Assembly: GCA_021432655.1 (NCBI GenBank)
Contig: MU271225.1
Span: forward strand, 102,568 to 135,504
Direction: 5' to 3'
From: Atractiella rhizophila
Lineage: Eukaryota
DNA length: 32,937 bases
Of this stretch, positions 1 to 10,690 are shown one piece after another. Under the pieces are notes generated by a model. That model was given only the letters and a program-made list of their open reading frames with translations, ran no database searches and was not told the origin of the DNA. The translations under genes and the position numbers were made by a program. Numbering within the stretch: the stretch's first letter is position 1; each line of letters starts with the position of its first letter.

Positions 1-61
1 TTTTATTCCGAGATGTTTCATTGCTCTCGTATGAATGGTTTCCTCATGCATTCCATTCTAG

Positions 62-3000
62 GACACCAACTCGACGTTGGCTCTGAGTTCCCTCCACCTT
101 CTCTCCCTGTAATGTCCACTGGACGAGGATGACGAGTTCGTCCAATTCTCAGCTCAACAGCTCAACACAGCGGGGATTGGCGGCGGGGCCGGTATCTCGT
201 CTTCGTCAAGCTTTGGTTCGAGACCAGAAAGCAACACGAGGCATTCCCTTCACTGATGGTCGAACGGTTACGCTACCTCAATAAAGTTGGGGCAACTATT
301 GTAACGATCCTGATTGAAGTGGGCGAGCTGGAGGAATATGAAGAGGATAACCGGGACCTGGACTTTGTGCCCGAGGAGGAAGAGGAAGATGGAGTTGGAG
401 CTGGAGCTATGGAGGAAGAAGAAGACGGCAGAGAGATGAATCAAGCAACGGCGGATGCGATGAAGGAGAGAAGAAAGGAAGATGGAACCCAGAAGGGAAA
501 GACAAGAGCCCAGAAGAAGAAGGAGCAGAAAAAGAAGAAGAAACGAAAGGTGCCAGGAGCGGTGCGAGTAGGTGTCAACCATTCTTTTTTGACCGTCCGA
601 CTAATAGCAAGTTGCAATAGGAAACAACTGATGATGACGAGCAGCAAATGGGGTTCGGTTCAGAATCCGGGAGAAAGGTGCGTACCTGATGCTTAGCTAC
701 TTCCTTGTTCACCCTGACAAGTTACTCAGAGAGCTTGCAATAACGAACCTCGCGGCAAGGCGATGTGCAAGTTCTTCTACCATCATGTTGAAGATCATAC
801 TGCCGTTCCGAAAGGAGCATTCGGAACTCGCCCTGTCGTTCCTAGCGACCGTATCTTTCAATGCCGCCGATGCAGCCTCTACTTTTGCCAGACGAGCGAA
901 AGTAAATACAACTACGACGCCTTGATCAATCATCTGCAGAACAAGCATGGACAATATGTCACAAAAGCCCTCCAACGACTCGCAAATACTCCGGCCAGCG
1001 AGGACCTGAATGACGCAGACATCATATATGCAAGAAAGGAACTGACGACTCCAGAATACAAGTCGTCGCACAGGGATTCGCCGTCTGAGGATGAGGATGT
1101 GCCAGCTCCGGGTAGTATTCAAGCATGGATGAGGAATCATTCGATTGCAAAGGGGTCGTCCTTTGAAAGAAATGGCAATGAGGTTTGTTTCGTTCGCTAT
1201 TGGCAAAGCATGGGACTTATAGATTATATTACAGAAGGTAGATCCTGAAAGGCTCAAATACCTCCTCATGCGTTGGGTTTCGGTCAGCATGCAGCCTTTT
1301 ATGGAGGTTGAATGCCAGGAGTTGAGGGATCTGCTGAGCTATGTCCACAGTTCCCGACTGGAGATTCCCTCTTCAACAACGATCCGACGTGCAACTTCAG
1401 ATTATTCTGACAACCTTGGGCACAAACCCATCAAATACTATGAGGTACATTTATTTTATTTTGTCACACTCGCATTGACCCATGACTTTTATAGTCCCTG
1501 GAATGCAAATTCGCTATTTCCCTTGATCTTTGGACCACCAGTATTAATTCGAGTTTCCTCGCCATCTGTGGCCATCCAGCTGATTCCAACTGGAATCTTA
1601 ATACCGATTTGTTGGATTTCGTTGAGGTGCATGGAGAGCACAGCGGGAAAAAGCTTGCCAAGTTGGTTTACGATGTTCTCACACGGTTGAGGATTTTGGA
1701 AAAGATACATATTTGCTCTATAAGAAGTGGTGTCACAGTACTTACCTGAACGGAGCCTAGATTTCTGTGATTGTTTCGGACAACGCAAGCTCCAACGACA
1801 CGATGATGGAAGAATTAGAGCTGCTGTTTGCCAAGGATGGTATACCCTTCCCAGCAGCCGAACGCAAAGGAAAATGTCTTCCGCATATTGTCCATCTCGC
1901 CGTCATCGAACTCCTCAATTCAATTGGCGCATGGCCCAAAGTGAAGGATGGCGGCTCTTCCTCAACTGTGGCAGCTACAGATCCCACTCCTCTCAGTGCA
2001 ACCTCAACTAGGGCACCCAGCTCTTGTCACACTGGAGGATGAGGCGCACGAACCATATCAAAGCACGCTGGAGAACATCACTGCTCCTTCTGATCAGGCT
2101 GGGGACCTTGAGCAGCGTGTTGGTGGTAGCGGGGAGAGAGATGGGGATGCTCTCGGTTGTGAGAGCAATGCTGACGTTGGCACTGCCATTCAAAGGGTAC
2201 ACATTTATCTTGCTGTTCTATATCTTGAATATAGGCCAGAAGCTGATATCTTGAGCACCAGCTGCGAACCATTGTGAAATGCACTAAGTCGTCACCTCAA
2301 AAGAAAGATTGGTGGCTTTGTTGCATTGATACAGCGAGGCAGGATCTGGACGAAAAGGAGAAGCTCTTGCTCCTTGATGTTCAGACACGATGGTCTTCGA
2401 CATGTTTCATGCTGAAGCGAGCGCTGGCATTTAGGCAAGCAGTGGACAACTTCTCGGCAGTTCAAACAAAGGATCTCAAAGGTGCATGCCTATCCGAAGA
2501 TGACTGGGCTGCAATTGAACTCGTTACAACGTGGTTGGAGGAGTTTGCTGATGTAACCGCTCTCATGTCCAGCACTTCCTGTGTTACGGTCAGTAGTGTT
2601 GTCCTGCTTTTCCTCCAGCTCTTCGAGAAGTTGGAGGATGTGGTCGCTACTCTGCCTTTCACAGCTCCGCCAGTTGTCATGAACGGTTTGATCAAGGCTC
2701 ACGAAAAGTTAGCAAAATATTTTGCCAAAACTGATGATTATCCATGGTACTACTGGGCAATTTGTAAGTGTTTTGCTTATGCACTTGGTTAGTGAACTGA
2801 ATACTTCCTGTAGTGTTGGATCCCCGGATGGGACCTGCAATCTTTGAAAACCTGACTATGGACTCGATCCGCGGACCCTCGAACAAGCCAAGTCAAGCCT
2901 GAAATTCAAGTACAATCGGGAATATGCACGCAATCCTCCCCAAGTTCCTCCAGCTCCCTCCCCATCCGCTGCTCCTCCAGCTGTCGGTGTGCCAGAGCCG

Positions 3001-3489
3001 ACCACAGCAGCCGATAAGTTAAATGCACGAATTTTCTCCAGTGTACGGAAAACCACCGCTCTTTCACAGTTACATCCTTTGGAACGGTACTGGAACCACG
3101 TCACCAGCAAGGAAGGAGAGTCTGACGATTGTGCTGCTAATGCGGAGTCGAATGTTTTACTTTGGTGGAAGAATCAAGGTCAGAATGGTCGATTTGGCAC
3201 ACTGGCCGCACTTGCTCAAGATGTACTCAGTATTCCGGGTGTGTGCTCACTGCTGCCTTTCCTGCTCTATTTCACACTTAATTCCTGTGCTATAGCTTCC
3301 TCCGTCGCCGTTGAACGTGTGTTTTCATCTGGACGGGATGTTATCTCCTTTCGTGACACCTCCCTGAAAGCAGAAACAGTTCACAAATTGATGCTCCTCA
3401 GGGCGTGGTGGAGATATGACGGAAGGATGAAAGGAGAATTGGAGTGGCTTTTCCGTATGCCTCAAGACGGACCGATTGTTATTGATTGA
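62..3489 (+). pseudogene. hAT-family transposase, multi-exon, probably defective
   Basis: Motifs in order: BED-like finger FQCRRC...LINHLQNKH (763-950); SLDLWT (~1519-1536, D1); SDNASSND (~1776-1800, D2); CLPHIVHL (CxxH); DVQTRWSST; dimerisation domain LLWWK...LAALAQDVLSIP/ASSVAVERVFSSG (E). GT-AG introns at about 570-608, 678-729, 1183-1233, 1445-1494, 2198-2240, 2764-2813 and 3239-3295. Lesions: in-frame TGA near 129, apparent donor loss (AAG|ATACAT ~1705) and a frame change at ~1950-2040. The 5' limit is uncertain. Confidence 0.9.
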
Positions 3490-3580
3490 AGAACTTCAGT
3501 GAAGTGTCATGTCACTGATGGGATAACTGATTATGTTTTTGATCATTATTACTGAACCTGGTTCCCTCCCTCCCCATCAA

Positions 3581-3744
3581 ACCGTGTAAGCCCGTGGGCA
3601 AGCCGTTTTAGCCAACTGTACCCCGTCCCGTTCCCGTCCTCGACAAGGAAAGAATCCTGCAGACGGGACAAACGGGACAGGGTGTAACCGTCCCGTCCCC
3701 GTTTCGCCCAAAAAATCAACGGGTCGGCAGGGTGTCGAGCCCTA
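3581..3744. repeat. hAT subterminal repeat array plus terminal inverted repeat
   Basis: Many CCCGT/ACGGG copies in both orientations (CCCCGTCCCGTTCCCGTCC, GACGGGACAAACGGGAC, CCGTCCCGTCCCCGTTT) directly before GTCGAGCCCTA. Confidence 0.8.
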
Positions 3745-4184
3745 CTTGCGGGTGCTATGCTTCAATGAGATGCCGGAAGTTGCGATGAAATCAACGCGTA
3801 AAGCGGCACGTGTTGCTAATCGTAGTCCATCCTCCTCCGCCTTTTTCTTCCTGGCTCGAGCACGAATGGAGGGATATGGCGATGAAGAGTTCCTAGTGGA
3901 TCTCAGGCTGTCATGGAGAGGGATAGAGGGATGAGATGGGATGTCGAACTAGGGTGCATTGAGCTGGATCTCATGGAAAGGACAAATAGGAGGATGCTCG
4001 ATAAGAATTGGGAGGGATTCATATGGTGATACCGGTGCACAGAGTAGCTGAAGAAAGGTCTGCTTCTGTTTTCACTGCGATTGTTGTCAGAAATTCTGAC
4101 ACGCTCCTCTCTTCTGGTGCAGAAATGCATGCATCAATTCGAAACATTATATGCACTACATTTTCGTTGAGACAAGAGAACGAC

Positions 4185-4674
4185 GACAGCTCCATCCATC
4201 CACCTTCCCCTCTAGTCGATCCTCTGTGCCGCATTCGAGTTAGCCGCTCCATTCACCCGTCCCCCTCGATCTTCCTCCGGCTTCCCTATTTCTCTCCTTC
4301 GAGCTCCTTCCCCACATTGTACGCCCGACTCCAGCGCCGCACCGACTCTTAGAGACGTCTTCAGTCGCCTTTCTCCTCCACACGCCACATCTTTCCCTCA
4401 AGCAAGTCAGCGACAACACAGAGCACTGCATTATATCCACGTGTGGCTAGAGGCCAGACAGGGTAAGGAGGTGGCGGAGAAACTGTCGAGAGCTGGAAGA
4501 AGACGGAGGAGGATGTGGTCACGGTTTGATGGTGTCAATAAGAATGCAGTCGAATTCCTTCGCTTGTGGCGGAGGTAAAGCTGGATGAAGGCCTTAGAAG
4601 GGGTCATGAGATTAGGAGATTTTGTGTAGGAGTGCAATGAATAATATGCTGTCATGGGAACCTGGAGTCGGAAA
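4185..4674 (+). pseudogene. Hsp104/ClpB N-terminal relic, copy A
   Basis: Frameshifted remnants QLHP-IHL, HIVR-PA, LKQVS, FDGVNKNAVE, GKAG/KLD, ILCRSAMNN and EPGVGN are collinear with the Hsp104 N-domain through the NBD1 Walker A motif. The copy stops abruptly at GGAAA (4674). Confidence 0.75.
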
Positions 4675-4677
4675 CAT

Positions 4678-6465
4678 CAGCACTTTCCTGGGCAACGTCT
4701 ATGGTGCTATAAGCCCTATCATAGCTCATAGGCATTTTGTCACCTAGGCTCTATGGTAGACCCTCTATAGTGCCATAGGAAGGGCCATCCTATGCGCCGA
4801 ATCTGCGGTGCCTTGATGTTCCGACAACGACGGTCTTGTCGTCTTAGCTGCTGTTCCATTCTGAAGCATCGCGTCGTAAGCGATGAGATCGTAGCTGTCA
4901 GAGGGTCGGAGAAGGTGCTCTCGTCCAAGTGGTGTCGCTTCGGCCATTTCCTCCTTTGCCTTCTTCAACTCCTGCTGTAAGTTGGTTACAAGATCCTCAT
5001 CGGCAGATACAGCTTCCTCAAGGTCTCCAATGATGTCCAGCTCGTTGTAATCTACGGTATTAATATAAATAGCTTGCTAGATCATCAAGAAATTGGAAAA
5101 AACAAACCTTCAATCTCCTCGAAGGTTTGCGTCTCCAACTCGTCTTGTCTTCCACCTTTTCTCCGTTGAAATTCTTTCCCTTATCCTTTCTCTCTCTTGT
5201 TGTAAGTGGTCCATCGCTTGATGACGACCAATTGCTTCAGCTTGGAGACTGTAAGAGGATTGCGAGCTCGAGTATGAATGCGACTGAGAACAGAAAAGGT
5301 ACTTTCAACAACCCCAACGTGTGGAACCATGCTGAAGATGCGAATGGCGACGGAAATGAGTGGATATTGCGATGGAGGAAGGGCCAATTCCTCCAAATAC
5401 TTCAGGGCATTAAGGGAGGTTTCCGCAAACTTCCCCTCAAAGTTATGATACTCGTCAACATTGTCACAAAGAAGGGCGGAGGCTTTGCTGGAAAGCTTCC
5501 AGCGCTCCGCAAGTTGAAGTAAGAAGCATTTGACATCGGTGAGGTTGCGAGAGTTCGCTACGCGTCGGGAGACGGCGATTCCACGGCACATTGGATGAAG
5601 GTAAAGGGCGACGAAAAGGAGGTCGGAATCGATGGTGTGGAACCGGTTCTTGAAACACGAAACTGCATACTCGACGAATAAGTTTTCCCAGCCGATATCG
5701 GGGTCTTCCTCTTGCTCCAAATCCATTTGATCGAAGTGCTTTACAAGACGAAGCAGCTCAAGCGCAACGTCAGCTAATGTGCAGTTGGACCTCTCCAGCT
5801 TTCCAATCGTATCAACTACAGGACCGACAATACGGAGAAGGAGCTTGTTCTCTGGGAAGAAGGAGATACGACGCAGTGAAGTGAGGACATCGGCATTGAT
5901 ACCCGTTCCCTTGCGATCTGTTGCCTCTGAATGCATGCTAATCTTTCCAAAAGCAGACCAAATACCAACATTTACATTAGTGGATCTGTGAGTAAGTGAA
6001 AAGATAGACATCATATTCGTGACCAATAAGAGCACGGAGGAGATGTCCAATATAGTACCATCTTGTTGCGACTTCACTTCTCAAGCCACGGGTAACATTC
6101 TCAAGCTTGCGTATGTCGCCTAATCTGGCTTTCCAAATATGAGAAGTTGTAAAAAAGCGAATAATAGCAGAATTTTTTTTAATAAGTGTGGAAGCTTCAA
6201 CAAAACTACAAATATCACGGATCAAAAGAGCGAAGTGATGCAGAGAACATGGCCCAATAAGCAATGAAGGATGTTCTTTCTCAAGATCTGCCCGTAACTT
6301 TACCATTGTAGAAGGTGAATCCGTAAACAGAGAAGAAACAGCGTCCCAACTAACTCCAGCTCTAACAATTGATTCATTAACAAACTGTTGCAGACAGGAA
6401 GCAGTATGACGGACATCACTGAGATCTTGGAGCTCGAGGATAATGTTAGGGCTGACACTATGTAC
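4678..6465 (-). mobile_element. Second hAT transposon (DUF659-type), 5'-truncated
   Basis: Transposase remnant on the minus strand. At its 3' end is a CTATRG/CATAG-rich subterminal tract (4699-4795) and a candidate TIR starting CAGCACTTTCC at 4678, right where repeat copy A breaks off. Confidence 0.7.
4765..6460 (-). pseudogene. hAT transposase fragment (DUF659 region, catalytic core, dimerisation domain, acidic tail)
   Basis: Minus-strand translation: LELQDLSDVRHTA...LFTDSPSTMVK...PCSLHHFALLIRDI (CxxH)...SEVATRWY...VALYLHP...AIRIFSMVPHVGVVESTFS...RARNPL. Probable introns near 5970-6010 and 5057-5107. The N-terminus and first catalytic Asp are absent. Confidence 0.85.
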
Positions 6466-6486
6466 GGTCGCCGATAGGCGATGCGT

Positions 6487-6563
6487 CTGTAGTGGAGGTA
6501 AACCTAAGAGAATAGTATGGCATGAGAAGACTAACCTGTAGTGGAGGTAAACCTAAGAGAATA
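6487..6563. repeat. Short direct duplication (~27 bp, two copies) at the hAT truncation point
   Basis: CTGTAGTGGAGGTAAACCTAAGAGAATA at ~6487 and again at ~6536. Confidence 0.9.
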
Positions 6564-6916
6564 CTCTGAGGTCACCACCACTACATCTTGATGTATATAT
6601 ACATAAGTAAAGGCACTGCCATAAACTGTAACATACGTTGCTTGAAACGTGTAAGATAGCTAGATCAGGAAAGTAATAAAGGGAATACTCGGAAATAAGA
6701 TATACTGGGCAGTACTAGTGAGAAAGGACAATAAGGCGAAAATGGAGCCAGTGCAGACCGGCGAAATGTAGAAGGTTTGCTGAGCAGCGATTCGTGTGAG
6801 AAATGGGAAAGCGGCGAACAGCGCAGACATGAGCGAAGCGGCGATAGGTAGGCACATCATCTCATGATACGGTAGAGTGGGTCACATGACCTCGGATGGT
6901 GCATTTCGGTAATGCG

Positions 6917-7766
6917 CCTTTCTCTCAAGCGAGTCAGCGACAACACAGAGCACTGCATGATCTCCAAGTGTGGCTAGAGGCCAGAGGTAGTAAGGAGGCA
7001 GTGGAGAAGTTTCTAAAGCTGGATGAAGACGGCGGAGGATGGGTCATGGTTTGATGGTGTCAATAAGAATGCAGTCGAATTCCTTCGCTGGTGGCGCAGG
7101 TAAAGCTGGATGTGACCTTAGAAGGGCTGGTTAGGATTTTGTGTAGGAGTGCAATGAATAATCTGCTGTCATGGGAACCTGGAATCGGAAAGACTACTGT
7201 GGTGGAGTGTCTGGCACAGAGAGACACCTGCCTCCTTTCTTTCTTTACGATGGTATTTTATGTTCTCCCATTCAGAAGGTTGGATTGATAATTGCCTACA
7301 TATGCAGACGAAATATAGCAGCCACCGCTGTGGACCATCCCTCCTCTCCAATTCTCCCCTTCATCCTCTCCAAAAGCATCCAGCATCCCCCATTCTTTTG
7401 CATCTCCAAGTCCAGCAGCTTTATCAACAATCATTCCATTCAGGCTTGCAGAAGCGGACCTAGAATTCTCCAACGGCACCTGTTCCGTCGAAAAGGAACA
7501 GAAGCTTAAAAGGTGTGGGGGATTGGTGTATTGCATTATATCCTGCCCCTCAACCATTTAAAAGGTGTGCGGGATTGGTGTATTGCATTATATCCTGCCC
7601 CTCAACCATTTGATCCTAGCGGCGTGGATGGAGGTGAGGAGAAGGAAAAATAGGGTGGAAGAGGTGATGAATGAGATGAAGGAGTTGGGGGTTGGGAGGG
7701 ACATGTAGAAGAAGTCACCAGAGGAGGGTTTGAATTCGAAGTTCTGAGCTGAGCGTGAATGAGTTC
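6917..7766 (+). repeat. Mosaic repeat copy B: Hsp104 relic (6917-7225) plus downstream segment shared with copy C
   Basis: Closely similar to 4395-4674. Encodes RILCRSAMNNLLSWEPGIGKTTVVECLAQR (cf. ClpB/Hsp104 [27 protein letters not shown]). 7225-7766 aligns by eye to 13672-14120. Confidence 0.85.
7506..7611. repeat. 52-bp tandem duplication
   Basis: TTAAAAGGTGTG(G/C)GGGATTGGTGTATTGCATTATATCCTGCCCCTCAACCAT starts at 7506 and 7558, with one mismatch. Confidence 0.95.
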
Positions 7767-8145
7767 ATCTCCAATGCGCTAAAGGCGGAACAAATGGCCA
7801 GCTTTGGACTTGACTGGACTTATGAGCAGCTTCTTCTTTTGCTTTCTCCTGTAGATCATATTATTCACTGTCCAAAGGACTTCCTCTCAGCGACAGCCCT
7901 TTATTGTATATTTTTTCAATGGGTTAGTTAACCATTACTTGACCGTCAGGCTGCCTTAGTGGTATCCTCCCAACTTGTAATCTAAGCATTTGCCTGGGTA
8001 GCGAAATGAGTGCACAAGCCCCCCTCGCGACCTCTTTCACGTCCACGTCCACCTCCAATCATGAGCTCCTCAGAGCGATGTGAGAGTCCAGCGTCTGATC
8101 CAGTAGCTCCAGAGGTGGAGCCTGAATCAGACTGCGCCTTCTACA

Positions 8146-9297
8146 CTATTCCCCTCCCTCCCCAGGCTCCCAAATGCCTGACTTCCAGCTCGTTTTGTGC
8201 TTTTCCATCGTACTCCTCGCAATCACAATCTCCTCCTCGCTCCACTCTCCAAAGAATAAACGAACCTGGAGACACCACCCTATCCCCTTTCCGTCAACCC
8301 GATCCTCCTTCTCAATCCCCCTCACCCGCCAATCCCCAAAGAACCAGCGGATGAAGTCTGGGAAGTCGAACGAGTACACTACACAGTACCGGAGTGTTAT
8401 CCAGTGTATCTGCTTTGCATTTGTGAGGGTGCTGAAGAACTCGCGGGAAACGAGGTTTGACATTTCTTCACCCCTGTCAAGGATCAGCTTGGTGAGATGT
8501 CTGAGGTGTGATAAGTCGAACGGAGAGGGTAGGATGGAGGTCTTTCCATTGCCGGAGAAGGGGGCGAGGATGACTGTCAGATGTTCCAGAAGAGGCGGCA
8601 GAGGGTCATCTGAGATGGAGGAAGGGAGTGGACACATATTCCAGAGTTTGAGGTGCTTGATGGTGCATGGGAGGGAGAGCGATAGGAGAGGCGGGTACTC
8701 GTAAAGGCTCAGGTATTCGAGATGAGAAGATAAGTGAAGGCCTGCTGAGGCTGAAGCGGGAGAGTCCTCCACGTCGTGAACACTGAACCATCTGATCCTG
8801 TCACCCATCCTCCGCATAAAGTTCTCGATTTCCTCCTTCCTCCACTTTCTTGAACCACTTCCAAACATGACATCATCCACCCGTTTCAAGCCTTCGATTG
8901 CATTCAACACAATCTTCACCTCCTCTTCATTCCAAAATGCCTCCATCCAGACCTTCGTGACATTCGGCGAGCCTGCGATGAGCTCTTTCCCTTGCTCAAC
9001 ACTGATGCCTTTGTCAAATTCCAGGACTTCCCACAGATGTCCAGCACCCGGATAGCGTTTCAACCGCTCATACTTTTCCACCACATCATCAGGTTCGTCC
9101 CAATAAGGCGGCGAAACTTCCCTCCAGAGCTTGCAGACGTCAGAGAGTGTGGAAGCATCGTTGGAGAAACTGAATATGAGAGAGAGGAGCTCGACAGGCA
9201 ACCGTGCAATGGAGCATGGATTAACCTCTAGAGGTGGGACAGAGAGTTGGATGACACTAGCACCGTGGCAAAGGCCAGCTGTTTGCTCCTCCGCCAT
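8146..9297 (-). CDS. F-box domain protein with LRR/RNI-like C-terminus, intronless, 383 aa
   Basis: Uninterrupted ORF. F-box signature SIARLPVELLSLIFSF...LSDVCKLWREVS, followed by LRR-like units (LEYLSL, IKHLKL, LEHLTV, LRHLTKLIL). Confidence 0.88.
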   Translation of the reverse strand: MAEEQTAGLCHGASVIQLSVPPLEVNPCSIARLPVELLSLIFSFSNDASTLSDVCKLWREVSPPYWDEPDDVVEKYERLKRYPGAGHLWEVLEFDKGISVEQGKELIAGSPNVTKVWMEAFWNEEEVKIVLNAIEGLKRVDDVMFGSGSRKWRKEEIENFMRRMGDRIRWFSVHDVEDSPASASAGLHLSSHLEYLSLYEYPPLLSLSLPCTIKHLKLWNMCPLPSSISDDPLPPLLEHLTVILAPFSGNGKTSILPSPFDLSHLRHLTKLILDRGEEMSNLVSREFFSTLTNAKQIHWITLRYCVVYSFDFPDFIRWFFGDWRVRGIEKEDRVDGKGIGWCLQVRLFFGEWSEEEIVIARSTMEKHKTSWKSGIWEPGEGGE

Positions 9298-9833
9298 TGT
9301 TTGAGAAGAGGCAGCAGACTAGAACCCACAACCCATGTTAAATCAGACGAAGAACGCCGAAGTTGGAGATGAAATCATGCCTGGATGGCGTCATCAGCAG
9401 GGGTTACCCTCCTCCTTACCCTCCTCATCTTGACGGGATCGAAACTGTGACGAAGCCTGATGAGAATGAGCCGACGTCCAAACTGTGAGCTGTGAGGCTG
9501 CCTTGACCAATAGTTTGTGGGATAATCAAGGCGAAAGGCAAGATCGATGTATCGTTTTGCAGTTGGGGGATTGAAGGACGTTGCCTGCTTTAATATGTGA
9601 TGTGGAGAACTCGGACTTCAGCAGGACGACGTCTGGTTCGTGTTGGGCATGGAGAAACGACCTTCTTTGATTAATGAACAAAGCGATTCAAGCAGAGCAA
9701 GCGGACTGACCTAGATTGGTCAAGTCGTTTAGTGGGTGGATGGGTAAGTCCGTACCTATTGTGAGAGCATGAGCTCTCTGGTTCACTCGGTCCCCCTCCA
9801 TTCTACACTTAGGGTTAGGGTCATGTTCTGGTT

Positions 9834-9927
9834 CCACAGCGATTTGACCACCATCCGCTGTGGACCAGGTAGGGAGTTCATTGCATTGTATGACAGCGAT
9901 TTGACCACCATCCGCTGTGGACCAGGT
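9834..9927. repeat. 35-bp direct repeat, period 57; first copy forms a hairpin
   Basis: ACAGCGATTTGACCACCATCCGCTGTGGACCAGGT at 9836 and 9893. CCACAGCG pairs with CGCTGTGG in the first copy. Confidence 0.9.
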
Positions 9928-10108
9928 CCAGCGCACACCTATATCCGGTTCAATCCAGAGAGGCACTGATTGAAGCCGCACTCGTTGCGCCGCGGAGAGA
10001 GCAGGTGGTGGGCTGGCGGAGGACAGGGAGGGAAGAGCCAGTTGATCCCTTGATGTACGAGTGTTCGGGAGAATGTTCAGATGACATGTTGGCCCTGATC
10101 AGGCCTGA

Positions 10109-10690
10109 ATGGAGGGAGCTCCAGGAGCTACTACACAGGTAAATTGCATATTGATTGATGTGTTGCTGTCAATGATCTTAAGAGCCAAACAAACAAAACA
10201 CATGGTAGCGGCCGCAACTCCGTCCACAAACAACTTGGCCAGTTTTGACCTGAGCGAAATGGGAAGAGATCCCGGTCCTGGGACATTTTATCGTAGCAGA
10301 GACAGAGATCGAGACTGGGGAGAGCGGAAAAAGGATCACCGTGAAAGTGAGGGGAGGGGAAGGGGGAAGTGTGAGAAGGACAGAATGGACCTGGAGATTC
10401 CATACAGACTGAGAACGGTAGTTCATGCGTATCAGTGTCGCGTGAACGTCAGTCACAGAGAGCGAGAGGGAAGGAGACGCTCTCGTTCTCGTTCCAGGGA
10501 GAAGCGGATAGAGAAGAGGAGGGAGATGCCCCGCTCCCCTTCTAGAGACAGAGACAGGAAGAGGAAAGGCTCCCGGTCTCCAGGTCTGTCTTTCCTCACC
10601 TTTCTGTTCAATGTATCCTCGTATTAAACCAAACGTGAACGCGCAGAAAGGCGCTCGCGCTCTTCCTCCCCCTCTTCCAGCTCACAGCTG
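10109..10690 (+). pseudogene. Arg/Ser/Asp-rich (RS-domain-like) gene fragment
   Basis: RSRDRDRD...RRRSRSRSREKR...RSPSRDRDRKRKGSRSP, with plausible introns (GTAAAT...TAAG 10139-10182; GTCTGT from ~10584). No folded domain recognised. Confidence 0.45.

Larger units (their letters stand above)
1..3744 (+). mobile_element. hAT DNA transposon (left end outside window or not recognised; right end intact)
   Basis: Contains a hAT transposase gene, then clustered CCCGT/ACGGG subterminal motifs (3581-3730). It ends in GTCGAGCCCTA (3734-3744), whose reverse complement TAGGGCTCGAC resembles hAT TIRs such as Ac TAGGGATGAAA. Confidence 0.85.

Noticed and set aside
268..1290. Hydrophobic minus-strand ORFs (268-582, 441-647, 709-1290)
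   Set aside because: Antisense shadows of the Glu/Lys-rich hAT exons.
6600..6915. Possible solo LTR (TGTAAG start, AATAAA, GTCACATGAC)
   Set aside because: No matching CA end, TSD, PBS/PPT or second copy found.
7091..7288. Functional small P-loop ATPase ORF
   Set aside because: Only a Walker A remnant of Hsp104, with frameshifts upstream and no Walker B. It is a pseudogene fragment.
8010..9231. Plus-strand ORFs overlapping the F-box gene
   Set aside because: Antisense shadows with no recognisable motifs.
9836..9927. 35-bp hairpin-forming repeat with a spacer, CRISPR-like
   Set aside because: Only two copies, eukaryotic context, no cas genes.
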